DNA of 64,000 nt from a virus (IMGVR_UViG_3300035696_000029:19819-83818), one strand, 5' to 3'; counted from the stretch's first letter, positions 28,001 through 36,351 are shown. Numbers and translations: made by a program. Notes: generated by a model not told the origin, from the letters alone.

Positions 28001-28822
28001 CTCGTGATGTTCTTCTCCGGCTTCTTGAGGAGTCTTAACTCCCAAAGCTTTTTCAACCGCCATACCTAAAGCATCAAAGACACTGATTTCCTCAGGAGCT
28101 AGAGTTTCCTTAGTAACAGCATCGGCAGTTTTAACAGACAAGAAAATCTTCGGCTTATCCGCGCTACCCAATTTATTAAGAACAGGATAAGCTCTCAACG
28201 GATTCTGGGACAATTCAGGGAAAGGCAGCTTAGGAGTAATGTCCGTTACATCCAGTTTATCTGTACTGACGTCGGTCATTAGCGCATCAAATGCACTAGA
28301 CAACCGTGGATCGTAGTAAGCACCAAACACTAGATGACGCAGCTTGGTACGAAGCTTTTCGTCATCCTTGTCAAATTTAAATACAACATATTCCCGCTTG
28401 TTGAACCAGTGAGGAGCAAACAATACAATGGATTCAAACTTGCCATCAGGAGTCTTGAATAGTTTGTCCTTAATGGTTGACATATCGGCTTGACTGTACT
28501 CATCGAATTCATTGTCGCCAATGCGATGAGTAATCAAATCGGATACTTCCTCACCACCAAATTCCTTTACCAGGCAGCCATACAGCAAGGCAATGGGAAA
28601 TCCTTCGAGTTTATCGGCAATCTTGGCAGGGATAATATAGAGACGACCAATAGCAATGTTTTGACGGAATCCCTTGTAAAAAACTTCAAAGGATTGAACA
28701 TCGCCCGTGCTGCGAGCTTCTTTCTCTCCCGCTTTAGTTGCTTCGACCACTTTTGTCAACAAGCCTTCATTGACTTGAAAGCTCTGGAATGATTTGAGTG
28801 CTACTGTTCCGCTTTGACCCAT
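22073..28822 (-). CDS. Giant polyvalent protein or polyprotein (2249 aa) with many zinc-ribbon modules
   Basis: 13 exact KTA tripeptides plus many KVA/KKA/KQA/KFA; about 14-15 small Cys/His clusters; no tape-measure-like helical repeats. Confidence 0.75.
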   Translation of the reverse strand: MGQSGTVALKSFQSFQVNEGLLTKVVEATKAGEKEARSTGDVQSFEVFYKGFRQNIAIGRLYIIPAKIADKLEGFPIALLYGCLVKEFGGEEVSDLITHRIGDNEFDEYSQADMSTIKDKLFKTPDGKFESIVLFAPHWFNKREYVVFKFDKDDEKLRTKLRHLVFGAYYDPRLSSAFDALMTDVSTDKLDVTDITPKLPFPELSQNPLRAYPVLNKLGSADKPKIFLSVKTADAVTKETLAPEEISVFDALGMAVEKALGVKTPQEAGEEHHEEGSQKVPRLAAKKDHFCECSDHACPAHRGSNECHQITKEKLCAECQKTKKSSKEACEAPHGVPAGTTNVGPGTEAADAKKNKEVSEVKFNEEAAKAHESEQEPIGIELNSDGTPKRAAVKTADSDYFRELRALGFKRTSRSAPFTYEKEVGGDRRIDVQIEGHLQGGRVCHWHTTGPKFFKNNPAMVDAIKQRGGNPVDYGWIQDTYPSGFNSVEGMKQAIEYQMTATKDSPRKSFFDPKAPGGYGIHESSNLSDISVKTAGVSDGQIRFANKTQVWLWTCELEGQISDGMWENSGPRDHWQEVCGADVIVGEPGLTNIYPRRSYGFRRLVEYVGDRMLVTGKLSKAYPELTPSQTLSSAAEYLTDGLLEKPGATFKAIENQFTSWQEAEIQKLEQATGDDRATIVQKLQAAPYGKQDLMRDLRAIENVINGGYRSVKGSLIKQAKDRNEFYDYKGHQFHLTTWEERDRFNIRLMDECCDKEVLDVWDEDAAGLIEDGFIDPRNMAESTVQYVDSIGLLNDIINKEVTADVDDNAEYQIQASSAWKGETIERFVAASQHSQDKRAKHEAMLQKKYGDRRKFADDVPSNDDILNEVLQDMGQAPLVEVPNDENNKQPKPGGGIGALPESAKSDTPEKERSISDSQAQAVPAALENSATKHEEPKQQESKQQESQEPKPEESKVEESKSEESKSESEEPKTAAKFTPHSFVDGKCEYCGEKWSVQGANKSCPKGKKEKSKAAGGHRDGCECKFCSPRGSPEGFNEEEWEKQKKEREGKKEESKTASALDLSAKAADLLQFIGDIAINLDDYGITDWRNFDYSMEGGNADPLVLNELQKKNYLDQNGYLTEKAFVNMSGFEDLAKNASSKTARKMGKCKECGKDRSLDDEGLCHQCWQKIEDDKKEEATVKTADCYQCGCNKGVGGERCPKCGHYHRKESSAREKVASYIKNASITVEEGEDGEGFHMLVIMNGREYVLRGPDAEQFQKDYANIQKPAGAVNALVEKYMDKLRPYKKPAEVGKGEPNIPGWLKEKELQEKSSSEIEKKAWVVCEACGGSGMQNGRVCRACDGTGHESKKIGKVARECNAQDLTTCPEGVKCLNCGAVSSSNLKIEHVPQSKQTASIKTALLKGCTRCHKLKVPVERITSLCDGCVKELQLEDEKVAGDKKGGGPGNCPVCGSRNTVWINSKGGRAAKCNNCGNVGLVDKFGSMQKVAYVKHCPGHRNSDGNLAEWCVYSHETGKILSSHTTEDKAKKHLQDMHAHSGSTKTAAFWNKKSPELPEDKLANAKFFYCETVTAGGASPWHIREKGPKGVMLGGGADTPALCGRTVAWDLRVPIDIESESGKAQLRAACRKCAVEYLKLMSTNPEWYERKGSKKTAKDSGNCPVCKCELTKDGGCPRASTHPKTAEEHENSGFQTSYCSKCRRETKHAIRGNEKQCTTCSTLGTIPKKTATGTLVLPGNLESPESGNVNAMREALETQQEMEVGKSIGEKENELEQVQNAAKDHGVETDVHVPGVGKVEEVTVPKAEGNAGTQVIINIASASKIPITNDGSTGADGGTDIDGHTPMISAIQEKEADGYEHQTTIGNCKECRRERPVPYFGYCQECWDKKQDAPNDPPGYAKRVRELEAEGMTTSDAQAVADVEFAKKEAKTAKDRKERNMEPFFKKEKKSSNQWKDEKGQTWEKCSYCNGKDNPNCVKCNGKGYYKVPAEKKAGFNFFFPGQALREFYPELQHELVDYPNDTNSPMIEDIDISQGYDSDIAEAADESLDTTKLSYVSTSPAAGAGIGRDGKPEVLEGAPLRKENDIRGMMFTDEFHQQYTPGPDGSALAIVSKKVAASDEPKQFSKFLKKVCGEIAAALVSAFKVTSRPLMDKVPGMGEVQLAQVEKAQPGFMPVDATVVDPASRVKYLLDKLNDGEIQNAINDAWAQSAVWNKEQDGGFVYEVFVRAESIDTDTMVMKYKFVVGTREAQGA
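25915..26025 (-). repeat. Imperfect 15-nt tandem repeats encoding KQQES/KVEES/KSEES
   Basis: Protein reads KQQES-KQQES-QEPKPEES-KVEES-KSEES-KSES just before a KTA motif. Boundaries are approximate. Confidence 0.6.
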
Positions 28823-28834
28823 GAGATTCCTCTC

Positions 28835-29341
28835 TTATTTAATCCTAATATCGATCTTCTCCGATTCACGTCGGATACTCGGTTCAGCCATCGCCATTGC
28901 ATCGGCAAATTGCAACATGATATTCTTGACCATGGTTCCGTCTAATTCTGCTTCTTCCAGTGTCTTCTTAAACAAGTTGCAAATTTCCGTCAATACAAAC
29001 TTGAAACGCGGTCCATCAAAATTGAGCGCATCTTTCTTGCTCAAGATGTCCGTATCGTTACACTGCTTAGCAAGTGCCGTAAGAACTTTAACTTGCGTCT
29101 CCCAGGCTTTTTGCTTCCAAGCATCACCCGGATCCTTACCCTGTCGCACTGCATCTTTAGCAATCTTCCCTAACTCGATTGTAATCAGACGACTCACTTC
29201 TACAATCGGAGTGTTGGGATCCTCTAACTTCTTAAGGATCTCATCAAACTTGTCGATATTTCCCGTCTCAGCAGGTTTTGGCTGCGCTACACCTTCTAAG
29301 ACTTGAAAATCTACCGTCTCAGTTCGATTTATCGAATCCAT
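28835..29341 (-). CDS. Hypothetical helical protein (terminase small subunit possible but unsupported)
   Basis: 168 aa, amphipathic helices, in the structural operon. Confidence 0.5.
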   Translation of the reverse strand: MDSINRTETVDFQVLEGVAQPKPAETGNIDKFDEILKKLEDPNTPIVEVSRLITIELGKIAKDAVRQGKDPGDAWKQKAWETQVKVLTALAKQCNDTDILSKKDALNFDGPRFKFVLTEICNLFKKTLEEAELDGTMVKNIMLQFADAMAMAEPSIRRESEKIDIRIK

Positions 29342-30834
29342 TACTCCACGTCTCCCAGGCTAAAAGAACTCTTCACCTGGACATCAAGACGTGCTGGTTC
29401 TTTGATATCGATATCTCCCGCATCAATCGGGAAATTTCCTACCAAGTCATATTCAGCCAGTATTGAGCGTCCATCCGTGGGAGCGCCTTCAGCTATCTTG
29501 TGATTGTTGCTTTGCTTTTCCATACCAGGGAAGCTGAGCAACGTACCACCAGTCAATCCACAATGCATTCCTTGACGATACACGCAAGAAGCGCATTTCT
29601 CAGCACCAACAATTGCATTCTGTACGCCTAACTTCTGTTTCAAGAATGTGCAATCTATCTGAGATAGAGCAATCTTAGTTCCATTCCGCTTTAATCCAGC
29701 AATGAATGCTTTTACAGCTGCCCCGGCTTGAACCGATCCAATCTTACGAGCAGCCGCAGTATAGATCTTCTCAATTGAATGACCTTTCTTGTGTAGAGCT
29801 TCAACCGTGTTAGCATCAAATTGGAAAGAAGATGCTTTCTTTTGATGACCCAAACGAGCGATTTCAGGACTGCGTTCGGTTACTTGTTCACTGACGCGAA
29901 CAATCATGTCACTCTTAGTTGCTTCTCTAAAATGATTGTGTTCCTTGTTTGCAATCTTAACCAAGGTAGCTTTCTTATGACCGTCGGGAACTCCTGCTGT
30001 AAGTTTGTTCACAATGGCTTTGGCTTCGGCTGCTGTAGTGATAATAGGCAGGTGATACAGATTACAAGTCTTTTGACCTGACTGCTTATTAAAATACTGG
30101 CATCCTGCACAAGCTTTGATCTGCTTTACCGATTTAGCTTGTACTTTACCCATGCGAACCTTAACCCGTTCATAACTCTTGGGGCAAGAATCCATGTAAT
30201 GATTTGGTTCTAGATAAGCTAGACCCAAAAGTCCAGCATTCTGATTCAGATACTCTTCGGACATTTGACGATTAAAGAAAGGTTGATTTTCGGCTAGTTT
30301 CTGCAAACGAGCAGCAATCTTAGAAGGTGATTCCCCTTGATTGAGTAGATCTCTAACATACTTCTTGATTTCTGCATCACTAACGGTCTTGCCTTCCAGT
30401 TCAGCATTAGCAGGTGCCTTCTTAATGTTGTAAGTCTTCTCCAACATTACACTGGCATCATCTGCCATCTCGTTTACAAAATCTTCTGCTCCAGCATAAC
30501 GACTACCTGTTACAGGACCCTCGCTAGCACGCTCACGAGCTTCTTTGGCTTGTTGTTTTTCAGCGGCTGCGGCGCGAGCTTGTGCTAAACGAGCTTCCCG
30601 ATTTTGTTTCTCCCGTGCAGGAGCATTTGCGCTATGAGGACCCCAAATAGGTGTGTGATGAGACTCTGCGCTTTCGGCAATTTCGTCTTCAAATTCTGTG
30701 TCCACAAACTTGTGAGTACGGTCCTGTTGCACTTCACCGGAGTCCTTCTCGGCTTCGAGATCTAGTTCTTCCCAATTAGGTTCACGATCGTCAAGGAAAG
30801 CATCTATGATTGATGAGTACGCTTTTTCTGCCAT
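29341..30834 (-). CDS. Putative virion protein with two Cys-cluster repeats
   Basis: HYMDSC...CAGCQYF...CNLY and IDC...CASCVYRQGMHCGLT, each preceded by an LxxxGxSxxKI helix; several KxA motifs. Confidence 0.6.
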   Translation of the reverse strand: MAEKAYSSIIDAFLDDREPNWEELDLEAEKDSGEVQQDRTHKFVDTEFEDEIAESAESHHTPIWGPHSANAPAREKQNREARLAQARAAAAEKQQAKEARERASEGPVTGSRYAGAEDFVNEMADDASVMLEKTYNIKKAPANAELEGKTVSDAEIKKYVRDLLNQGESPSKIAARLQKLAENQPFFNRQMSEEYLNQNAGLLGLAYLEPNHYMDSCPKSYERVKVRMGKVQAKSVKQIKACAGCQYFNKQSGQKTCNLYHLPIITTAAEAKAIVNKLTAGVPDGHKKATLVKIANKEHNHFREATKSDMIVRVSEQVTERSPEIARLGHQKKASSFQFDANTVEALHKKGHSIEKIYTAAARKIGSVQAGAAVKAFIAGLKRNGTKIALSQIDCTFLKQKLGVQNAIVGAEKCASCVYRQGMHCGLTGGTLLSFPGMEKQSNNHKIAEGAPTDGRSILAEYDLVGNFPIDAGDIDIKEPARLDVQVKSSFSLGDVE

Positions 30835-30845
30835 AATTAGTATCC

Positions 30846-31475
30846 TTAGAGAGTCAGATCATCAAGTACCGATGTCAAGAACTCCATTGGTCGATTCTTT
30901 GGTGCTGCTGGAATTGAACTGCCATCGTCAACTGCTTCATCCGCAACTAGCTTGACGATTTTATTGCCTCGTACTGCCCAAAAATCACGAGTCGATGGGC
31001 ATTCGTAAACATTTCCTGCCACACGATTTAGACCCATGCTAGCAACTTTCTTCTGCGCTTCGGGAGAAATGGAAGCAAAATGATTACCGTTCTTGTACTT
31101 CTCTTCCATTAAACCGTTGGGATAATAGTACATGCCCTCGTTGTCTTCGTAGATCCCAGCTTCGCCTAGTGTGATGGGAGCACTGAATAATTTCATGTCC
31201 GGAAGGCTCATCAGTTGAACCATGCGGTTATCTAGAACCTTGAATCCCATCTTTTTTCCAGCTACACGCATGTGCATACAAACTTCAGAATAAGGCATTA
31301 CAGCTTCGCCAACATCTCCGACATTGACACGAACCATTTTTTGTGCACTAATAACACGATTTTCCAGACGAGGCTCTACAACAGCATGAGCAGTGTAATT
31401 TGCAAACTTTCGCATTAGAGGCACCTCACTTGAGGTTGCGAAATTCGGTTTTCCCATAAACAACCGTTTTTTCAA
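30846..31475 (-). CDS. Hypothetical virion-associated protein
   Basis: 209 aa with KFA, RVA and KVA motifs; first gene of the leftward structural operon. Confidence 0.55.
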   Translation of the reverse strand: MKKRLFMGKPNFATSSEVPLMRKFANYTAHAVVEPRLENRVISAQKMVRVNVGDVGEAVMPYSEVCMHMRVAGKKMGFKVLDNRMVQLMSLPDMKLFSAPITLGEAGIYEDNEGMYYYPNGLMEEKYKNGNHFASISPEAQKKVASMGLNRVAGNVYECPSTRDFWAVRGNKIVKLVADEAVDDGSSIPAAPKNRPMEFLTSVLDDLTL

Positions 31476-31476
31476 C

Positions 31477-31525
31477 CCTCTATAAGAAGCGCAAAGTTAT
31501 CGAACTTCCGACTGCTTTATTGAGG
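31477..31525. promoter_or_regulatory. Back-to-back divergent putative late promoters
   Basis: Minus strand AACTT-N13-GAGG (31477-31498) and plus strand AACTT-N14-GAGG (31503-31525), centred on AAGTT-ATCG-AACTT. Confidence 0.45.
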
Positions 31526-31530
31526 AACAT

Positions 31531-32340
31531 ATGCAAATAGTCAATAATCTAATCTTCAGTTCCACCAATGCTGCCGATGGCGCATGGCAAGATGTAAGCA
31601 ACATGGTGATGTTTTCAATTTATGTCAAAGGAATTGAAGCAAAAGTTTGGGTAGAAGTTTCAAACGATCCCAACGTGAAATATGATGGGCCTAATGGACA
31701 ATTACTGGCTCCCGGAGCACCCGTTCTTTCTCAATTTACTTATGGTTCTCTACCTGCTCAATCGGTCAACGTAGAACTTACTTATACAACTCGCAATCAG
31801 CCTATCGTAACACCTACTCCGCTTTATAGCATGGCAGTAGGGGAGACTCTACCGGGTGCTTCGGCTTCCTTGGCGGTACTAGCTGGAAATACGCTGCAAA
31901 TTGCTTCTCCTCCTGCTGATGCCGCAGGAATAGCCACTGGATACAATGTCTACATCCAGAATACTGCTGGAGTTTATGTTCTACAAAATACACGCGGCGG
32001 TCCCAATGCTTCAAACGATTCTTCGGTTTATGATGGACCAATTCCACTAGGAACACCCTTTATTATGCGAATGGGTTATTTTGATTCTAGCATTCCTGCT
32101 CCCGTTACGGATACAAGTGGTGGACCAGCAGTTGGAATCAACATTCAAGGAACAGGTGGAACACTTTCTTCTGTTGTAGCACTAACAAATGAATATCCAG
32201 TTGCGCTCATCGGAGACACCAACGCAGATGCAGTAACAGTGGCTCCTTCATCTATGACATGGAAGTGGGTTCGAGTTCGTAAAGATAGCACGACACAAGG
32301 TAAAGCAACAAAGGCTTGGATCTGTGGTGGCATGGGTTAA
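31531..32340 (+). CDS. Beta-rich virion surface or appendage-like protein
   Basis: 269 aa rich in T/S/G/P/V; similar N- and C-terminal segments (WVEVSNDP and WVRVRKD). Confidence 0.5.
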   Translation: MQIVNNLIFSSTNAADGAWQDVSNMVMFSIYVKGIEAKVWVEVSNDPNVKYDGPNGQLLAPGAPVLSQFTYGSLPAQSVNVELTYTTRNQPIVTPTPLYSMAVGETLPGASASLAVLAGNTLQIASPPADAAGIATGYNVYIQNTAGVYVLQNTRGGPNASNDSSVYDGPIPLGTPFIMRMGYFDSSIPAPVTDTSGGPAVGINIQGTGGTLSSVVALTNEYPVALIGDTNADAVTVAPSSMTWKWVRVRKDSTTQGKATKAWICGGMG

Positions 32341-32398
32341 TTGCGTATTCACAGAAAAACACAAACTTCGGAAGTTATTTTAGAGGAGCTATAAACAT

Positions 32399-33394
32399 AT
32401 GGCAACACCAACTTTAGTGCAGGTAACACATAATCAGATCAATTCCCTTGCAGCAACAGGACTCAGTGTCACTCTCCCGGCTGCAACTACTCTTGGGAAT
32501 GCATTGGTCGCTGTTGTTTTCGGTCAAAAAGGCATAGATCCATTTGGCCAGCGCACAGATACAAATCCCTATCAAAGTACACAGAACGCAACCCCGGCTC
32601 CTGTCCTTAATGATAACGAAAACAATACTTGGGCTTCGTTAGTCAGCATTACAAATGTGGATATGATTTCTGCTACCCCAGTGTATCCTTCCACTTCGGA
32701 ATCAGACCCAGATCTTTTTGCTCAGTATCCCAGTGTTTATGTCTTTGATGCTTTAAACGTGGCAGTCTCGACTCAAACCGTTAATGTACGTGCCAGCTAC
32801 TTGGGTCAAAACGTTCCTTGGAATTCTAAAGTTAGCTATCTAATTGGTGACGCAGTTAATGTTAGCGGAGTTGTCTACGTTGCTACGGCTCCTAGCCTTA
32901 ACGTAACACCTCCAAACGGTGGTTATTGGGCAGTTGTTGCCACTCCTTCTTCAGATTCACGTTTTGCAGGTGGCCCAGGCAAACCTGTATACGGTGGAAT
33001 TGATGTAGTCTTGCTGGATTTTTCCGGTATTGCTACTTCTAGCGCAACAGACGGAACACCAGTTGCTGGTACTTCTGTTGCCAACCCGGCCACTGCTGGT
33101 TCTCCGGGTACAATCACAACCACGTCAAGTGGCGATCTAATTCTTGCTGTTGGTCTACAAAAGGACAGCAATGAATTTTCGGCTCCTACTGGTTGGACAG
33201 TTGCTTGGTCTGGAAAGTTGATTGGTTCCGAAGAACATTATGTTATCATGTATCAGATACAGGCAGCGTCAGGTGCAATTACTCCGGGCTTTACGAACCC
33301 AGTCGGTCGTACAGCTGCAGGATCTGATATTGGTCCTACTACATCAGCTGGATACGAGACAATCGTTCTTGCAGCAGCTTTAAAACATAGTTAA
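32399..33394 (+). CDS. Virion appendage-like protein with a CBM5/12 (chitin-binding-type) module
   Basis: PWNSKVSYLIGDAVNVSGVVYVATAPSLNVTPPNGGYW (about 32813-32938) matches the W-x5-Y-x2-GD-x-V-x3-G-x2-Y...P...W pattern. Confidence 0.6.
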   Translation: MATPTLVQVTHNQINSLAATGLSVTLPAATTLGNALVAVVFGQKGIDPFGQRTDTNPYQSTQNATPAPVLNDNENNTWASLVSITNVDMISATPVYPSTSESDPDLFAQYPSVYVFDALNVAVSTQTVNVRASYLGQNVPWNSKVSYLIGDAVNVSGVVYVATAPSLNVTPPNGGYWAVVATPSSDSRFAGGPGKPVYGGIDVVLLDFSGIATSSATDGTPVAGTSVANPATAGSPGTITTTSSGDLILAVGLQKDSNEFSAPTGWTVAWSGKLIGSEEHYVIMYQIQAASGAITPGFTNPVGRTAAGSDIGPTTSAGYETIVLAAALKHS

Positions 33395-33441
33395 TCGAAG
33401 AATGACTCAAAGTTTCTCTTAGAAGCTGGATATGCCATTCG

Positions 33442-33473
33442 ATCCGGAGGCCTAAAACCTCCGGATTTTTATT
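33442..33473 (+). terminator. Rho-independent terminator
   Basis: ATCCGGAGG-cctaaaa-CCTCCGGAT followed by TTTTATT. Confidence 0.8.
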
Positions 33474-33622
33474 GTCCAAAATGCGGAACTTCTCTAAAAT
33501 GAGTATTATAGCTTTTAGAGGATGGAAATTAGACAACACTCCTCCTAATACAATCTACTGTAAAAATTCGAGAAACAGGTATTTTCTCAATTTTTCAGGA
33601 AAAATTCTGATGGGAAGGTAAC

Positions 33623-34360
33623 ATGGCTGAAAATTCTGCTTATTTTGAATCGGTAGTCGCAAACCGTTCAATGCTTTTGACTGATGAAGAATCGCTAGAA
33701 GGACAGATAACAATATCGCAGGAAACCTGTGGAGATCTGCAAGAAGAAAATATCCTCACTTACATTCAAGACAACTTCAGCACTTTCCTCAAGACACTTC
33801 GTTTCCTAAAGAAAGAAGATCAAGAAATGCTGCTCAGCTATTATCTGTTGAGCAAGACTCAAAACACACTAGCTCTAATTCACAAGTCTACCCAGACAGT
33901 TTGTTCATTCCGTATACGCATGGCGGTAAAAACTCTAGGAACATTCTTGATGATGGGGGAACCAACGGTTGAGAAAATGCATGAAGTTCTAACCACTGCT
34001 GGATTAGAAAACTCGATTCCGAAAGTTGAACTAAGCAAGATTGTAGACCTGTATGTGAAGACACGAAACTTTCAGAAAATTTCAGACATCTACAAATTGC
34101 ATCGTCCTGATATTCGGCGAGCTATGAGTCGTGCCAGTAAGCAAATGATGGAGTCAAAAGATCCGCAAGAACATGCTCTGGGAGCATACATTCATAGTTT
34201 AATCGATAAGGCTAACCCGGCTGGACAAGGATTCAGCAAACGCAAGATTGCAAAACAGTGCCACGTATTTCGTTCAGATCCAGAGATCCTTGGAGCATTT
34301 CGTATACGAGTGGACGATCCAGACTTTGACCAAATGTTCGTATCCCGCGCAAATCGATAG
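33623..34360 (+). CDS. Sigma-70 region-4-like HTH protein (two HTH-like segments)
   Basis: LRFLKKEDQEMLLSYYLLSKTQNTLALIHKSTQTVCSFRIRMAVKTL and FQKISDIYKLHRPDIRRAMSRA. Confidence 0.55.
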   Translation: MAENSAYFESVVANRSMLLTDEESLEGQITISQETCGDLQEENILTYIQDNFSTFLKTLRFLKKEDQEMLLSYYLLSKTQNTLALIHKSTQTVCSFRIRMAVKTLGTFLMMGEPTVEKMHEVLTTAGLENSIPKVELSKIVDLYVKTRNFQKISDIYKLHRPDIRRAMSRASKQMMESKDPQEHALGAYIHSLIDKANPAGQGFSKRKIAKQCHVFRSDPEILGAFRIRVDDPDFDQMFVSRANR

Positions 34361-34805
34361 CAACTTTATTGCCTTTGTTTTCGTTGCAAGTGGAGCACAT
34401 GGTTTGAAGATTGCTTAGTGTATCTTCGCCGTTCTTCGATTTGGGAATGATATGGTCTTTGGTCATTAAGACTTCTTTATAGGTCCCATTATCCCTTCTA
34501 CGGAGAGCGTACAGATTTAAGTGCCAATGGCTTCCATTCATAAGGCGAAATTCATAACGATGTTTCCCAGTCCCCTTAATTTGAATAGCTATTCGCTTGG
34601 CACTGCGTTCTTTTGCAAAATACAATCCTTCAATTCCACAATTTACACAGAACACTGAGCGTTGGAACACGAGATATCGTTTTGAAACTAGATTGATACC
34701 ATCCCCATTGAAATTTACACCAAAGCGGCCCAGATTGTTGAAGACATACTCACGACTGAAGACACCACGACGTTGGTAGCCAGAATGGTATCCATAGAAG
34801 AGCAC
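34233..34805 (-). CDS. HNH endonuclease
   Basis: CVNCG...MTKDHIIPKSKNGEDTLSNLQTMCSTCNENKG. The likely start is the GTG at 34805 overlapping the upstream TAG (track starts at 34844). The 3' end overlaps the convergent gene. Confidence 0.85.
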   Translation of the reverse strand: MLFYGYHSGYQRRGVFSREYVFNNLGRFGVNFNGDGINLVSKRYLVFQRSVFCVNCGIEGLYFAKERSAKRIAIQIKGTGKHRYEFRLMNGSHWHLNLYALRRRDNGTYKEVLMTKDHIIPKSKNGEDTLSNLQTMCSTCNENKGNKVAIDLRGIRTFGQSLDRPLVYEMLQGSLDLNEIRGTVLQSCVC

Positions 34806-35032
34806 TACTTGGTCACCACCAAGCGTAGATTGGAAGGTGCCCAACTGGAGCGTTCACTTTTGGATGATTTCGAAGCTGATAATTTTTCCGAAGCTGGCAT
34901 TGACGATACTTCGCTGCACATATTGGTGAGGCGCAAAGTACTCAGGCTCACGGACAAATTACCTATCAGCGTTAATGCTTCCACTTCACTCATTGAAACG
35001 ATAACAACATTTGGTTCTTTTTGAATTATCAC
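34805..35032 (-). CDS. Small hypothetical protein
   Basis: 75-aa ORF filling the gap in a tightly packed operon. Confidence 0.45.
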   Translation of the reverse strand: MIIQKEPNVVIVSMSEVEALTLIGNLSVSLSTLRLTNMCSEVSSMPASEKLSASKSSKSERSSWAPSNLRLVVTK

Positions 35033-35046
35033 CTAAAAACTCCTTC

Positions 35047-35469
35047 TTATGCTGATTTGTCCACAAAATACTTAGGAGCCAGCAACTTAACCAACTCCAC
35101 GGAGAAAACATACTCTTTCCCATTCTCAGTACGGCACAGAACAGGATTCTTACTGCGACGAGGAAGAAGTCCAACAATCTTGAAAACTCGGCTTTCAGAA
35201 GAAAAGGTTTGGTCAAGCCATTCTGGCTTCAAACCGTATGTATCAGCATACGCGATGTAATTTTGGCGTTCTTGTGTAATCGCTTCTCCACTGGAAGTTT
35301 TCAGGCAAACTTGCAGTTTGAAAGTCGCAGTTGTCTCGGAGAAAGCGGCATTGCCCGCCTTTAAACTAAGGCCATGCTTTGCACCCAGTGGAGCTAGAGC
35401 GGCGTCGATGTCGTCACGAAGTTCCTTGAGAAATTGTTTATCCAGTTTAGCAATCATGCTCGTCTCCAA
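35047..35469 (-). CDS. Hypothetical protein
   Basis: 140-aa ORF; C-terminal part looks SH3-like (FKIVGLLPRRSKNPVLC...GKEY). Confidence 0.6.
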   Translation of the reverse strand: METSMIAKLDKQFLKELRDDIDAALAPLGAKHGLSLKAGNAAFSETTATFKLQVCLKTSSGEAITQERQNYIAYADTYGLKPEWLDQTFSSESRVFKIVGLLPRRSKNPVLCRTENGKEYVFSVELVKLLAPKYFVDKSA

Positions 35470-35879
35470 TCTCGCATGTTGAGAATTTTCTTGACCCGGT
35501 GCACGAATTCGTCTACATCGTCCTGATGAATTTTGATGTTGTAATCATTGCGCTCGCCCACAATGCGGAGACCCGAACCAACGTATCGGGTAGAGGCTTT
35601 GCAAGCAAAGTATGAAACTTCTGCCGGAGGTAATCCTAAACGATCGCGGCAAATTCGACTCAAGCGAACAAAGTGACCATCGTCCTCGTTGTCATCTTGA
35701 AAAGTACCCATTGGAATCATATGAGTACGGACAGTCTCAACAAAATCCTTCACTTTATCGGTTGGGATGCTGCCATTTTGGATTTGAAACAAAATCTTTT
35801 GTTCTTGAACAACCGCTGCAGCTACCTTTGGATCGAGTTCTTGTTTCTTTACGATGTAGTCTATTGTGAGATACATCAA
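35454..35879 (-). CDS. Hypothetical protein
   Basis: 141-aa ORF co-oriented with its neighbours. Confidence 0.55.
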   Translation of the reverse strand: MMYLTIDYIVKKQELDPKVAAAVVQEQKILFQIQNGSIPTDKVKDFVETVRTHMIPMGTFQDDNEDDGHFVRLSRICRDRLGLPPAEVSYFACKASTRYVGSGLRIVGERNDYNIKIHQDDVDEFVHRVKKILNMRDWRRA

Positions 35880-35894
35880 TCGAACTCCTTTGAA

Positions 35895-36296
35895 TTAGTT
35901 ACAGAGATAATTGCCATAATGCCGTTTGTTCATGTACACAGGTTGGTCCCAAGGATACAGATTGAAATCGACGTTGCCCAATTCGACTTTAAGAGATCGT
36001 TCGGAATTCCAACCGTCTTTACCTGCGCCCCAAACGCTTCCCCAATAGACGGCAGGAGTATAAGGTTCCAACTCATTTAGAAGTGCGGCTCCAGCAACGG
36101 TGATAATCCAAGGGGCAGTTTGTTTCTGTCCAGCTTTGGCGATGAGATCCTTGCGGCGCATGTAGGTCAATGTGGAGTTACCTTCCAGGCTGGGAAAAAC
36201 ATTCGTAATTTCAGAGGTACGAGCACCATTAATGCTACAAAGTGCCAGCATCTTCAAAATTCCGTGGGTAAGACCACCGTTCAACCGTTTACTCAT
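35895..36296 (-). CDS. Putative winged-helix protein
   Basis: ARTSEITNVF...LTYMRRKDLI...WIITVAGAALL resembles a wHTH; GGAGG and a promoter motif lie upstream. Confidence 0.5.
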   Translation of the reverse strand: MSKRLNGGLTHGILKMLALCSINGARTSEITNVFPSLEGNSTLTYMRRKDLIAKAGQKQTAPWIITVAGAALLNELEPYTPAVYWGSVWGAGKDGWNSERSLKVELGNVDFNLYPWDQPVYMNKRHYGNYLCN

Positions 36297-36310
36297 ATCG
36301 CCTCCACTTG

Positions 36311-36340
36311 TATACTACGAGGGGTGTAGATGAAACGGGT
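36311..36340 (-). promoter_or_regulatory. Putative promoter, class TTT-N13-CGTAGTAT(A/C)
   Basis: ACCCGTTT-N13-CGTAGTATA. Confidence 0.6.
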
Positions 36341-36351
36341 AAGCAGGTACA

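Noticed and set aside
22073-28822. Tape measure protein identity for the 2249-aa ORF
   Set aside because: It lacks long amphipathic helical repeats and transmembrane segments, is not in the tail-tube/baseplate context, and is Cys-module rich.
28835-29341. Calling this the terminase small subunit
   Set aside because: Size and helicity fit, but there is no recognisable HTH or TerS motif and it lies about 9 kb from terL.
33339-33539. 66-aa minus-strand ORF across the plus-strand terminator
   Set aside because: It overlaps a terminator and the end of a real plus-strand gene, and shows no protein-like motif.
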